A stretch of DNA of 57,655 bases from Treponema sp. (GCA_031263265.1 JAISGE010000182.1:1-57655); one strand, 5' to 3'; positions 27,720-38,122 are shown, counted from the first letter of the stretch. Notes: generated from the sequence alone by a model not told the origin. Numbers and translations are program-made.

Positions 27720-28184
27720 TTAGTTTATTAAAGACGCATCAGCTTTTTCCGCTAACATCCGCTGGAGCCGGGAACTCCCCACTTCGTCTAGGACTTTAGT
27801 TTCTTCTGCAAGCTGAACATGACGGTATTCTGCTGCCCGATGTTCCCGCACTTTATCCAGAATTTTACGCTCCCGGGACGCTGCAAGATACACCTCTCGA
27901 GCTTCCTCGACCTTGCGTTCTGCTTGAGCAGCATCCTCTATAAGACGCTTTTTCGTGTTCTCAAGCCTTTGCACGTACCGGTCAAAGGCCACAATCTCCG
28001 CAGTACCTCGACCGGTACCGCACTGTTCAAGCCCAACCCTCACCCGTTCTGCCGCAATATCCGCGATCCGGTGTTCAATCTGGGTAAGGGCTCCAACCGC
28101 CCTACCAAGTTCAATCTCACTCTCTTGCTCCCGGTATTCCCGGAGTACCAACACCTTCTGAAGGCCAAACTGAAACCGTCTCAT
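27720..28184 (-). CDS. fliJ: Flagellar export chaperone FliJ
   Basis: 154-aa coiled-coil protein directly after fliI. The start 'FQFGLQKVLVLRE' is FliJ-like. Confidence 0.7.
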   Translation of the reverse strand: MRRFQFGLQKVLVLREYREQESEIELGRAVGALTQIEHRIADIAAERVRVGLEQCGTGRGTAEIVAFDRYVQRLENTKKRLIEDAAQAERKVEEAREVYLAASRERKILDKVREHRAAEYRHVQLAEETKVLDEVGSSRLQRMLAEKADASLIN

Positions 28185-28209
28185 CCCTTAAAACTGCCCC
28201 TATCCTGCC

Positions 28210-29556
28210 TTATTCCTGCATCTCCTCATCAGGTATCGTACTTCCAGAAATCCCTGCCATTACTTTGAGGGTCTCGGCAATCGGGGCGGTTTCATCTACC
28301 TCTTGGACGAGGAATTCTTCGATAGCCCGGTGTTTCATGATCGCCTCATCAATAGCAGGATTTGAGCCGGTATGATAGGCCCCTACATTGATGAGATCCT
28401 CGTTTGCCGCATAAACCGCCATGATCCGCCTGAGGGCACCTGCGGCTTTATTACTCAGAGGCCCTGAAACTATGGGCGCAAGCCGAGAAACGCTGGCAAG
28501 CACATCAATAGCCGGGTAATGATACGCCTTGGCAAGGGAACGGGAGAGGACAATATGGCCATCCAGGATTCCCCGCACCGTATCGGCTACTGGTTCGTCC
28601 ATATCATCCCCGTCTACCAGAACTGTATAAAATCCGGTGATGGTTCCCTTTTCAGCCGTACCGCAGCGTTCCAAGAGCTTAGGCATCTGGTCAAACATAC
28701 TGGGAGTGTAGCCTCTGGTCGCCGGAGGTTCCCCGATGGCAAGTCCTATTTCCCGTTGCGCCCGGGCAAACCGAGTAACCGAATCAAAGAGGAACATGAC
28801 ATCCAGGTCCTGATCCCGGAAGTATTCAGCCACTGCAGTTGCTACGTAGGCCCCCCGTAGGCGGGCTAAGGGGGGGGAGTTGGAAGGGGTAACCACGATG
28901 ACACTTCGGGCAAGTCCTTCAGAGCCAAGATCGTTCTCGATAAAATCATTAACTTCCCGTCCCCGCTCACCAATGAGGGCAACCACATTTACATCCGCAT
29001 TGGTATTCCGGGCGATCATTCCCAAAAGCGTTGATTTTCCCACCCCGGATCCGGCAAAAATACCTAAGCGCTGCCCTCGACCTACTGCCAAAAGCCCGTC
29101 AATGGCCCGTATGCCGGTACATACCCGCTGAGTTACCCGTTTCCGCTTGAGGGGATCCGGGGCCTGGGCCATAGCCGGATAATACTGACCTGCTTTAATT
29201 CCCCCTTTGCCGTCACAGGGCTTACCCTGGGAATCCAAAATCCGGCCTAGTAATGCCATGGAAACCGGTACTTCCAGCGTACTGCCTGAAGCAACCACTC
29301 GGTTTCCCACCTCAATGCCGTCGGTTTCCTGATAGGCCATGAGTTGGACGGTCTGGTCCCGAAGCCCTACCACCTCTGCCAGGATCACCCCGGGTCCCTT
29401 GGGAGCTTCAATACGACAGATTTCCCCGATAATTCCTACCGGGCCCCGGCTTTCAATAAGCAGACCCTGGACTTTAGAAACATGACCTACATATTTGATG
29501 GTATCGACCCGTTCAGCAACTTCACGATATTTGGTAATCAGCGTTTCCACGGGCAC
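28210..29556 (-). CDS. fliI: Flagellum-specific ATP synthase FliI
   Basis: Walker A 'GSGVGKST', Walker B 'VMFLFDSVTR', F1-beta-like fold. Confidence 0.92.
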   Translation of the reverse strand: MPVETLITKYREVAERVDTIKYVGHVSKVQGLLIESRGPVGIIGEICRIEAPKGPGVILAEVVGLRDQTVQLMAYQETDGIEVGNRVVASGSTLEVPVSMALLGRILDSQGKPCDGKGGIKAGQYYPAMAQAPDPLKRKRVTQRVCTGIRAIDGLLAVGRGQRLGIFAGSGVGKSTLLGMIARNTNADVNVVALIGERGREVNDFIENDLGSEGLARSVIVVTPSNSPPLARLRGAYVATAVAEYFRDQDLDVMFLFDSVTRFARAQREIGLAIGEPPATRGYTPSMFDQMPKLLERCGTAEKGTITGFYTVLVDGDDMDEPVADTVRGILDGHIVLSRSLAKAYHYPAIDVLASVSRLAPIVSGPLSNKAAGALRRIMAVYAANEDLINVGAYHTGSNPAIDEAIMKHRAIEEFLVQEVDETAPIAETLKVMAGISGSTIPDEEMQE

Positions 29557-30509
29557 TAAACCCCTGCTTCTTCAAGTTGTGTCCTAGATTTGCCGGTAGT
29601 TTTGACAGGGGTCATTTCTAGAATCTTCGTTTCTAATTCCGCAAGTTGACTGGAGATGCGGGCATCAATATCACCAAACTCAGTTTCAATGATACATCCT
29701 CCTCGATCAACCGAAGAATCTTCCTGAACTTGAATATGTTGGCCCCCTTCAAGGGTCTGAATAAAATCCTTGATGTGTTCGGTACTCAACTGCAGATCCG
29801 CAATATTCACCCTAATGATGACATCCCCTCGACCCTTCACTTTCCGTAACGACTCTTTCACGTTGGCGATGACCACCTCTTGAGTCTGTTCGGAAATAAG
29901 CTTGACCACCTTCCGGGAAATGAGGAGTACCAAATCCACGATCTGTTGTTCTGTTTCAGTAAGAATGGCAGCCCGCTTATCTTGCGCCCGCTCAAGGACC
30001 GTTTGAGTTCTTTGAATAAGCCGATCTACCTCGACCTTCCCCTCCTTAAACCCCGCTTCCCTGCCTAAACGTAAACCCTCTTCTTCCGCTTCTTTCCCGC
30101 GGGTCTCAATAGCACTCTTAGAAGCGGTCTCCATATCTTGGGACCTACGCCGGCCTTCCGCAAGCATACGTTCAGCCGAGATTTTGGCATCCTTCTGGAG
30201 AGCCTGAGCTTGTTCAGTCCCGCGCTGTATTTCCTGAGCCGCTGCCTCTTGAGCGTCCTTAATAATCCGCTCGGCCTCTACTTTGGCGGATAAAATCATG
30301 GTATCCCGCTCTGCGATCCATTGACTCTTAAAAAGCTCTGCTTCCCGACGAATATCTTCTATGGTAGGACCGTCGTATGCCTCAAGCTCCAGGGTATCCA
30401 CGTCCGCATCCTCTTGAGGAAGCGCCTCTACAACGACAATAGGCGGTTCAATCAACAGTTTCGTATCATTGACAATAATCTCATTGGATCTAAAAACCGC
30501 TCGTGACAT
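29556..30509 (-). CDS. fliH: Flagellar assembly protein FliH
   Basis: Glu/Ala-rich coiled coil plus FliH C-terminal domain. Its stop overlaps the fliI start by 1 nt. Start set to ATG 30509 (MSRAVF), preceded by GAGGT. Confidence 0.7.
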   Translation of the reverse strand: MSRAVFRSNEIIVNDTKLLIEPPIVVVEALPQEDADVDTLELEAYDGPTIEDIRREAELFKSQWIAERDTMILSAKVEAERIIKDAQEAAAQEIQRGTEQAQALQKDAKISAERMLAEGRRRSQDMETASKSAIETRGKEAEEEGLRLGREAGFKEGKVEVDRLIQRTQTVLERAQDKRAAILTETEQQIVDLVLLISRKVVKLISEQTQEVVIANVKESLRKVKGRGDVIIRVNIADLQLSTEHIKDFIQTLEGGQHIQVQEDSSVDRGGCIIETEFGDIDARISSQLAELETKILEMTPVKTTGKSRTQLEEAGV

Positions 30510-30641
30510 AGACCTTACCTCATGCACTGGTAAAAATTTACCGTAATCACGTCTACAACTTGTCCACTGCTACAAATGCAAACCTATACAACAGCATCAT
30601 CTTTACAAAAGAGATGCCCGCCCCCAAATCCCACAGGAATC

Positions 30642-31688
30642 TTAGACCACGAGCTCGTCTTCCCCTGCCCGGGCAATGACGATCTCCCCGGTCTCTTCCA
30701 GGCGCCGGATAATTGAAACAATCTTTTGTTGCGCCTCTTCCACGTCCTTTAATCGAACCGGCCCCATATAATCCATATCTTCTTTGAGCATCCCTGCGGC
30801 ACGCTTACTCATGTTCCGGAAGATCTTATCCTGCACCTCTGCATCCACTGACTTCAATGCCTTAGCCAACTCTCCAGAATCCACTTCCCGCAAGATCTTT
30901 TGAATAGATTTGTCGTCAATCATGACAATATCTTCGAATACAAACATCCGCTTCTTTATCTCTTCAGCCAGTTCCGGATCGTCCCCTTCCAAGGCTTCAA
31001 TGATCTGTTTTTCCGACGTTCTATCCACCAAGTTGAGGATCTCCACGATACTTTCAACCCCTCCTGCAGCCGTGTAATCTTCACTGGACAGGGTGGACAG
31101 CTTCTTTTCGAGCACCCGTTCTACTTCCCGGAGCACTTCAGGGCTGGTTCTATCCATGGTGGCAATACGCCGGGCTACATCACTTTGCATCTCATGGGGA
31201 AGATTCTGGATAATCACCGAAGCCTTATTCGGTTCCAAATACGCAACGATAAGCGCGATAGTCTGGGGGTGTTCTTGTTGGATAAAGTTAAGCAGGTGTG
31301 CGGGATCCGTGCGGCGTATAAAATCAAAGGGCCGCACCTGCAAGCTCGAGGTAAGGCGGTTGATGATATCCACCGCCTTCTGATTTCCCAAGGCTTTTTC
31401 CAAGAGTTCCCTGGCATAATCAATACCACCGGTGGTGATAAACTGATTTGCCATCATAAGTTCCTGAAACTCCTGCAAAATCGCATCTTTCTGTTCAGAT
31501 TCTACGGTTTCGAGCCGGGCAATTTCAAAGGTCAGCGTTTCAATTTCATCTTCTCGCAAGTACTTAAAAATTTCAGAAGATACCTCAGCACCTATGGATA
31601 CTAGGAAAATAGCAGCCTTCTGCCTGCCGCTAATATCTTTCGAGCTCTTTTTCTTACCTGAGGCATCGGAACCCGATAATTTTGCCAT
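30642..31688 (-). CDS. fliG: Flagellar motor switch protein FliG
   Basis: FliG N/M/C domains and 'MFVFEDI' motif. 348 aa. Confidence 0.9.
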   Translation of the reverse strand: MAKLSGSDASGKKKSSKDISGRQKAAIFLVSIGAEVSSEIFKYLREDEIETLTFEIARLETVESEQKDAILQEFQELMMANQFITTGGIDYARELLEKALGNQKAVDIINRLTSSLQVRPFDFIRRTDPAHLLNFIQQEHPQTIALIVAYLEPNKASVIIQNLPHEMQSDVARRIATMDRTSPEVLREVERVLEKKLSTLSSEDYTAAGGVESIVEILNLVDRTSEKQIIEALEGDDPELAEEIKKRMFVFEDIVMIDDKSIQKILREVDSGELAKALKSVDAEVQDKIFRNMSKRAAGMLKEDMDYMGPVRLKDVEEAQQKIVSIIRRLEETGEIVIARAGEDELVV

Positions 31689-31692
31689 TGCT

Positions 31693-33405
31693 TTATTCCT
31701 CCAAAAGCCAGGTTCTTAAAAGCTGTGCCACATCTTCAGGGTGGTTTTTAGCTACATCAGCAACATTCTCACGTAATTCCATACGAACTCGTTCTTCATT
31801 AGACACGGGGAGCTCCGAGCTTTCCCGCTCTGCATCCATCAGCGCACTATCCCGCATCTCTTGTTCCCGTTTAGTACGCTCTGCCTCTTCCATAATCCGT
31901 TTCCGCTCTAGCCGCCGTGCTACTATCCGGAAGACGATAAATCCGATGAGCAGTAAGGCAAGACCCCCAAGCGCTATCAAGATGATCGATTGGAACTGTT
32001 TCTGCTTAAAAAAAGCCGTGTCTTCATCGGCAAATTGCTTAGTTCTATCAAACCCGATATTTTGTACGGTTACTGAATCTCCCCGTGCCGCGTTATACCC
32101 TATGGCATTCTGAATCAAAGTTTGGGTTGCCCGTAGATCCGCTGGAGACATAGGGGCATATTCCCGTTCAATGGAACCATCAGGACGTACTACGGGATTT
32201 CGTTTCTCATCGTACTTTATTGACCAGGTTCCATCAATATTAACCGAAACCGTAACCCGGTCTATATTGGGACTCCGTTCTTCCTGGATAGAACGTTTAT
32301 TGATTTCTTCATTATCCACGAGGGTTTCTTGGGTAACTTCCCCATAGAGGTTTGACATATCCCGAAAGGCCGGAGCAGTCTGACCCTCCACTCCTGACGG
32401 CCCTTCCGGGGTAAACCCCGTACCCTTCCAGGTAGTACTGGATGTGGTTTTAGACCGGGTAACCGAAGGAACAATCTCGGAATCATCATAAGAAGACCCA
32501 GGAGTCCGGGGCCTTATGGTAGTCGGAAAAAATTCTTCGGTATTGATAGCTTTTTTAGACAGATCCATATCGATTTTAATATTAAGATCCCGAACTCGAT
32601 CAGAGGTAAACGTATCCTGAAGGGATTTAAGGATAACTGCCCGGTACTGTGCTTCGAGGGTTCGGATCATCCTGTTACCCCGCTCAATAAGGCTCAGGCG
32701 ATCCGATTCAGCCTGACCAGTAAAATCGTTGAGCACGATCCCGTTCTGATCGGTGATGACGATGGTATCATCCTGAAGACCTGCTACTGCAAATTTGAGC
32801 AGCTTCTGAATCCCTTCGATCTTTTTACGGTTTTGGGTAATATCACTCCCCAAACGAGGAGTAATGATAACACTTGCCGTTACCGGGTTCTGCTCTGAGG
32901 CAAACAAGGCCCGTTCAGGGGTCACCAATGTAACATTAGCATTATCCACATCGTCCAGGGCGCGTATATGCTCAGTAACCATCTGGGTAATAGCCCGCTG
33001 GAGGTTCACATTACGTTCAAAATCAGTGATGGTCCAGCGCTCCCGGTCAAACAGTTCCCAGGGACTCGTCCCCGAAGGGATAAGATCTTCTCGAACCAGG
33101 ATAGCCCGCATACGCCGGGCGGTAGCGTCATCAGAGACCATAATGACCCCTGTAGAAGATACCGATGTCTTAACCCCTTCCTCGTTTATACGGGTGAGGA
33201 TCCGGTTCCTGATCCCTTCATCCAAGACCGGGGCATCAATGACTGGAACCATAGTAGGCGCCGTAGATACGGAAAATAGAGCAATAATCCCGGCAAGAGC
33301 TGCCACACAAATCCCCACCAGTATGAGTTTCTGTAGTAATGACCACTTACCCCAGAGTTTCTGTATCTGTCCTACAATTTTCTTGATCCATTCACCCATA
33401 TCCAC
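31693..33405 (-). CDS. fliF: Flagellar M-ring protein FliF
   Basis: YscJ/FliF family with N- and C-terminal TM helices. 570 aa. Confidence 0.9.
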   Translation of the reverse strand: MDMGEWIKKIVGQIQKLWGKWSLLQKLILVGICVAALAGIIALFSVSTAPTMVPVIDAPVLDEGIRNRILTRINEEGVKTSVSSTGVIMVSDDATARRMRAILVREDLIPSGTSPWELFDRERWTITDFERNVNLQRAITQMVTEHIRALDDVDNANVTLVTPERALFASEQNPVTASVIITPRLGSDITQNRKKIEGIQKLLKFAVAGLQDDTIVITDQNGIVLNDFTGQAESDRLSLIERGNRMIRTLEAQYRAVILKSLQDTFTSDRVRDLNIKIDMDLSKKAINTEEFFPTTIRPRTPGSSYDDSEIVPSVTRSKTTSSTTWKGTGFTPEGPSGVEGQTAPAFRDMSNLYGEVTQETLVDNEEINKRSIQEERSPNIDRVTVSVNIDGTWSIKYDEKRNPVVRPDGSIEREYAPMSPADLRATQTLIQNAIGYNAARGDSVTVQNIGFDRTKQFADEDTAFFKQKQFQSIILIALGGLALLLIGFIVFRIVARRLERKRIMEEAERTKREQEMRDSALMDAERESSELPVSNEERVRMELRENVADVAKNHPEDVAQLLRTWLLEE

Positions 33406-33539
33406 CCCAGCATATCTTTTCTTTGTTTTCTCTGTTTTTCTTTATAATTTACCTCACGGTACCGCCGCCCCACCTTCTCTTCCAAGAAAATGAATTAAGA
33501 CGGCACGTTACCATAAGCACCCGTAACCGTATCTGATCT

Positions 33540-33914
33540 TTATCGTGTATTAATAAGATCTTTCCACCCTTGAACCAAACGGTTTAACACGGTCCTGGAA
33601 ATATTTAAAGACATAGAAGCCTTTGCCTGGGCAATGGTGATATCATGCACATCTACCGAACCAGGTTCCGTAATAGCACGTTGTATCAGATCACTCGCCT
33701 GCTGCTGATCCCCTGAAACCCTATCCAAAGCACGGAGCATCGCATCCTCAAAGTTCCCTGAACGAAGAGCCGATTCCACACCGATTGTATCCCCCAAAGA
33801 CGCTAAGTCCCTTCCCGGTGAATGACTCGATACAGGAACTAAATGCTTAGGATGAGTTACCTGTAAAGGGATCTTATCAATCGCTATCAATTGAGGCACT
33901 CCAATAGTCATCAA
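33540..33914 (-). CDS. fliE: Flagellar hook-basal body protein FliE
   Basis: 124 aa. C-terminal 'ITIAQAKASMSLNISRTVLNRLVQGWKDL' is FliE-like. Lies between flgC and fliF. Confidence 0.75.
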   Translation of the reverse strand: MMTIGVPQLIAIDKIPLQVTHPKHLVPVSSHSPGRDLASLGDTIGVESALRSGNFEDAMLRALDRVSGDQQQASDLIQRAITEPGSVDVHDITIAQAKASMSLNISRTVLNRLVQGWKDLINTR

Positions 33915-34376
33915 TTACCTCCCGCCTATGTCCAAAGCCCGCTGAAACATGGATTTAGAACCCTCAATAATAGAGGCATTCGCCTCATAGGCACGGGATG
34001 CAGCGATCATATCAACCATTTCAGTAACCATATCTACATTCGGCATCTCCACATACCCTTCCTGGGGCCCTGATGTAATGGCATCAGGATGGGTTGGATC
34101 ATACACCAGCCTGTTCTTAGTAACCATATCTTTTTGTATCTCGACTACCCGCACCCCTTTACCAGGACCATTGTCCATCATATCAGGGAGAAAGGGAGAA
34201 CGCCAGTACGGGCCTTCGGTCTTTGGCCGTAAGACGACCCGGCTCCGCCGATACGGCCCCCCTTCAGCAGTACGGGTGGTGGAAGCATTAGCAATATTAT
34301 CGGCAATCACATCAGAAATAAGCCGCTGGGCACTCATGCCGGTGGAAGCTATGTTTATTGAATTAAAAATTCCCAT
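33915..34376 (-). CDS. flgC: Flagellar basal-body rod protein FlgC
   Basis: 'ADNIANASTTR' N-terminus and 'VEMPNVDMVTEMVDMIAASRAYEAN' C-terminus. Confidence 0.9.
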   Translation of the reverse strand: MGIFNSINIASTGMSAQRLISDVIADNIANASTTRTAEGGPYRRSRVVLRPKTEGPYWRSPFLPDMMDNGPGKGVRVVEIQKDMVTKNRLVYDPTHPDAITSGPQEGYVEMPNVDMVTEMVDMIAASRAYEANASIIEGSKSMFQRALDIGGR

Positions 34377-34383
34377 ACCAATC

Positions 34384-34803
34384 TTACCTTAATACCATAC
34401 TAACTTGGCTAAACTCAAAAGACTCTCCCTGGGCCAAGAGGGTGTATAAAAGCTGGTTTTCTAAAGCCCGCATGATCTCCTGTTCCGGATCCACGTTATT
34501 GCCGTTGTTTTTAGAGGTACTTACATAATCAAGAACCCGTCTGGGTTGCACATCCCGGTAATCTCGTTGCTGCCAATTACTTATATGTCGAGGATCGGTT
34601 TTGGTTAATTCCAAACCAGGCCGCTGTTTTTCAGTGTCTATTGCCCGTTTCAGCTCACTTTCAAACGTGAGGTCCGACCGTTTAAACCCCGGAACCATAG
34701 CATTAGCCAGATTATTGGCAAGTACATCCCGACGTATAAGACTCGCATCCATGGCACGGTGCGCCATGTCTATGGTTCGAGAAAAATTATTTTCAATGCC
34801 CAT
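34384..34803 (-). CDS. flgB: Flagellar basal-body rod protein FlgB
   Basis: Rod N-terminal motif 'VLANNLANA'. 139 aa, first gene of the flagellar block. Confidence 0.85.
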   Translation of the reverse strand: MGIENNFSRTIDMAHRAMDASLIRRDVLANNLANAMVPGFKRSDLTFESELKRAIDTEKQRPGLELTKTDPRHISNWQQRDYRDVQPRRVLDYVSTSKNNGNNVDPEQEIMRALENQLLYTLLAQGESFEFSQVSMVLR

Positions 34804-34821
34804 TCCTAGCCTCCCTGTATA

Positions 34822-34848
34822 TTATCGACACTTTTGTATATAAAGTTA
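34822..34848 (-). promoter_or_regulatory. Sigma28 (FliA)-like promoter candidate upstream of flgB
   Basis: The minus strand reads TAAC-15 nt-GTCGATAA, against the remembered consensus TAAA-N15-GCCGATAA. It ends 18 nt before ATG 34803. Confidence 0.4.
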
Positions 34849-34917
34849 GCAGTATAATATAAGGTTCCTTACCTGTTCCCGGGTTCCCCTGCTTTGCATA
34901 TCCCCAGCTCAGAGACG

Positions 34918-36528
34918 TCACAAAATATACCGACCTAAATCATGATCCATCACTAAATCGGTGAGCTTCTCGTTTACATAAGCTTCAGTAATGGTTATCT
35001 TCGTCGGTGCAATATCCGGGGCCTCAAAGGAGAGTTCCTCTAAGAGGGCTTCCATGATGGTATGGAGCCGCCGGGCACCGATGTTTTCCAGCCGGGAATT
35101 GACCTCTGCAGCCAAAGCTGCAAGGCGCTCCACCGCATCTGGGGTAAAATCAATATCCACCTGTTCGGTCGCCAAGAGATCGGTGTACTGTTTAGTCAGC
35201 GCGTTCTTTGGTTCAGTCAAGATCCGAAGGAAATCTTCCTTCCCCAAGGAATCCAACTCAACCCGCAGGGGAAAGCGGCCCTGGAGTTCAGGAATCAGAT
35301 CCGAGGGCTTGCTGACATTAAAAGCCCCGGCAGCCACAAAAAGAATATGATCCGTATTAACCGGCCCCCACTTGGTATTCACCGTGGCTCCTTCCACAAT
35401 GGGTAGGATATCTCGCTGTACCCCTTCCCGAGATACATCAGGCCCACCACCGCCCCGTTCACCCTTGACCGCGATCTTGTCAATCTCATCGATAAAAACG
35501 ATCCCCGTCTCTTCCACCCGTTGCCGGGCTTCGTCGCTCACCCGGTCCCGGTCGATGAGTTTTTCCGATTCTTCTGCCTTGAGGATCTCTCTAGCCCGGC
35601 TTACGGTGAGCAATTTCTTCTTTTTACCCCCGCCAAAAAAGCCGGCGATTCCTGAAAGACTAGACTCCAGATCTTCTAAACCCCCGCCCATCATCTCAAA
35701 AGCCGGAAACTGGGGATTTTGGGTAACCGTAATTTCCACTATCTTATCCTCAAGTTTACCTTCCCGGAGCATAGTCCTGAATTTCTCTCTCGTAGAGGCA
35801 TCTTTTCCTGATGCCGCTTCCTCTGGGCCAGGATCTTCAGGAACCGCATCTTTCGCTTCCTGGTCTTCCGCCTCTTCCTGTCCAGTCCCTGTATCGTCCG
35901 TATTCCGAAAGATCGATGGTATCCCCACCTGGATGGCCGCGCCCATGAGGGAAGGCCCTGTTCCGCCATTGGTATCCGGGTTAATAGAAAAGGTCCCCAC
36001 AGGCCTGACTACAGGCCGTGGCTGAGTCTTAGGCTCTTTTCGCTTTTTACCGGTTCCAGGCAACAGGAGATCTAGCAACGCTTCTTCAGCCCGTTTTTCC
36101 GCTTCTACGGTAACCGACTCCTGCATCTCCTGTTTCACCATCTGAATTCCCGCCGCCATAAGATCCCGGATCATGGATTCTACATCCCGGCCCACATAGC
36201 CGACCTCAGTGTACTTGGTAGCCTCTACCTTGATGAAGGGGGAACCTGCTAATTTAGCAAGCCGCCGGGCAATCTCGGTTTTACCGACCCCGGTAGGACC
36301 AATCATAAGGATGTTCTTAGGGGCAATATCTTCCCGCATATCGCTTTCCAGTTTAAGCCTGCGGATCCGGTTTCGTAATGCCACAGCCACCGCCCGTTTA
36401 GCCTTTTTCTGCCCTACAATGTACTTATCCAATTCAGCGACAATCTCCCGGGGGGTAAGCCGATCCAGATTTCTTTCATTTTTTTTAACAGACAGGTCAT
36501 TTTTCTTACCGGTATGTTGACTGCTCAT
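34918..36528 (-). CDS. hslU: ATP-dependent protease ATPase subunit HslU
   Basis: Walker A 'GPTGVGKTEIARRLA', 'IVFIDEIDKI', C-terminal 'DLGRYIL'. 536 aa because of an expanded I-domain. Confidence 0.92.
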   Translation of the reverse strand: MSSQHTGKKNDLSVKKNERNLDRLTPREIVAELDKYIVGQKKAKRAVAVALRNRIRRLKLESDMREDIAPKNILMIGPTGVGKTEIARRLAKLAGSPFIKVEATKYTEVGYVGRDVESMIRDLMAAGIQMVKQEMQESVTVEAEKRAEEALLDLLLPGTGKKRKEPKTQPRPVVRPVGTFSINPDTNGGTGPSLMGAAIQVGIPSIFRNTDDTGTGQEEAEDQEAKDAVPEDPGPEEAASGKDASTREKFRTMLREGKLEDKIVEITVTQNPQFPAFEMMGGGLEDLESSLSGIAGFFGGGKKKKLLTVSRAREILKAEESEKLIDRDRVSDEARQRVEETGIVFIDEIDKIAVKGERGGGGPDVSREGVQRDILPIVEGATVNTKWGPVNTDHILFVAAGAFNVSKPSDLIPELQGRFPLRVELDSLGKEDFLRILTEPKNALTKQYTDLLATEQVDIDFTPDAVERLAALAAEVNSRLENIGARRLHTIMEALLEELSFEAPDIAPTKITITEAYVNEKLTDLVMDHDLGRYIL

Positions 36529-36541
36529 ATAGTTCTCCTCA

Positions 36542-37087
36542 TTACGCTAACTCCTCCACGGTAATATGTCCATTAGTATAGATACAGATAGTCCCTGCAA
36601 TGGCAAGACTCTTTTCAGCAATCTCCGCGGCAGAAAAGGCACTGCCTTCCAGGTATGCCAGAGCCGCAGCATAGGCGTAGTTGCCCCCGGATCCTATGGC
36701 CAAGGCATCTTCCGCAGGCTCAATCACATCCCCAGTACCTGATATAAGCAGGATCTGGTGGAGATCTGCCACCAGGAGCAGGGCTTCAAGTCGCCTGAGG
36801 GACCTATCGGTACGCCAGTCCTTAGCAAGTTCCACTGCTGCCCGGGCCAGGTCACAGGAATATTCCTTGAGTTTAGTTTCAAATCGATCAAAAAGGGTGA
36901 ATGCATCTGCAGTGGCCCCGGCAAACCCACAGAGCACCTTACCATCCATGAGCCGCCGCACCTTACGGGCGTTATTTTTCATCACCGTCTCACCCATAGT
37001 CACCTGACCGTCTCCAGCCATAGCCACCTTGCCACCCTTGCGCACTACCAGTACCGTGGTGCTTCGAATCTTGTTAGTGTCCTTCAT
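36542..37087 (-). CDS. hslV: ATP-dependent protease subunit HslV
   Basis: N-terminal Thr nucleophile context '[11 protein letters not shown]' and 'GSGGNYA'. Confidence 0.92.
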   Translation of the reverse strand: MKDTNKIRSTTVLVVRKGGKVAMAGDGQVTMGETVMKNNARKVRRLMDGKVLCGFAGATADAFTLFDRFETKLKEYSCDLARAAVELAKDWRTDRSLRRLEALLLVADLHQILLISGTGDVIEPAEDALAIGSGGNYAYAAALAYLEGSAFSAAEIAEKSLAIAGTICIYTNGHITVEELA

Positions 37088-37105
37088 TATATTCCTTTTC
37101 CTTCA

Positions 37106-38122
37106 TTATATTGTACCCCCTGTTGTACTGCCCGTTAGAACTTCCCTTGTACCACCAACGGAAGTTCCCTGGTTAGTGCTCCCTTCTCCTGGTTTTTTGC
37201 TCCCATGGGGATGGGCCTTAGCATAAACCGCTTTTAAGCGCTCCATGTTCACATGGGTATACCGTTGGGTAGTGGCGATACTCTCATGGCCTAATAGGGC
37301 TTGCACCACCCGAACATCGCAACCAGCATTCACCAGGTGGGCCGCAAAGCTATGCCGCAACGAATGGGGATGCACCTGCTTCTGTAATCCGGATCGCTGG
37401 GCATACTGACAAATGATCCACCGCACGCCGCTCACTGATATGCCCTCCCCTTTCTGGTTGATGAAGAGCCGGTTCGTCGGTACACTCTGGTTGATCTTTT
37501 CACGCCGTGCGGGCAGATACGCTTCCAGGGCTTCCGCAGCTTCATCGGAAAAAAATACGTACCGTTCCTTATCCCCCTTGCCAATGACCCGAGCACTCCT
37601 CAAATCCCCCTCCACAGACTGCACCGTAAGGGAAACCGCTTCTGAAATCCGCAGGCCACCGGAATACATGCTTAAAAGCAGCGCCGTATCCCGCAATGGC
37701 CACAAGATATGGGTATACTTAGGGAGAGCTGCAAAAGCGGCCATCTCTTCCACCCAAAGAAAAACCGGTAAGGTTTTTGGGGTCTTCCGGGACGGTAACA
37801 CACCCGCAGGATTATCCTTCCGATACCCAAGCCGAACCAGCCACCGGTAAAATCCCCGAATAGAAGCCAGTGCCCGATTTATCGTTACCGCTGCCTTATC
37901 CTCAGCGCTTATGTCCACGAGGAAGCGCTGTACATCTTGGGAAGCCGCAACTTCGGCAGTGATTCCCTGTTTTTCACAATACACCACAAAACGGACTATG
38001 TCCAAGCGGTATGCCTCCAGGGTACGCGCTGCCATGCCCCGAACCGAACGGAGGTAGGAAAGGTATTCCTCCAGTAAAGGGGATAAATCCTGCCTCTGTG
38101 CAGGTATCCGCTTATTCGGCAT
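37106..38122 (-). CDS. xerC: Tyrosine recombinase XerC (CodV position)
   Basis: Catalytic 'HSLRHSFAAHL' and 'LLGHESIATTQRYTHV'. Start set to ATG 38122 (MPNKRIP), overlapping the topA stop by 11 nt. Gly/Thr-rich C-terminal tail of about 35 aa. Confidence 0.8.
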   Translation of the reverse strand: MPNKRIPAQRQDLSPLLEEYLSYLRSVRGMAARTLEAYRLDIVRFVVYCEKQGITAEVAASQDVQRFLVDISAEDKAAVTINRALASIRGFYRWLVRLGYRKDNPAGVLPSRKTPKTLPVFLWVEEMAAFAALPKYTHILWPLRDTALLLSMYSGGLRISEAVSLTVQSVEGDLRSARVIGKGDKERYVFFSDEAAEALEAYLPARREKINQSVPTNRLFINQKGEGISVSGVRWIICQYAQRSGLQKQVHPHSLRHSFAAHLVNAGCDVRVVQALLGHESIATTQRYTHVNMERLKAVYAKAHPHGSKKPGEGSTNQGTSVGGTREVLTGSTTGGTI

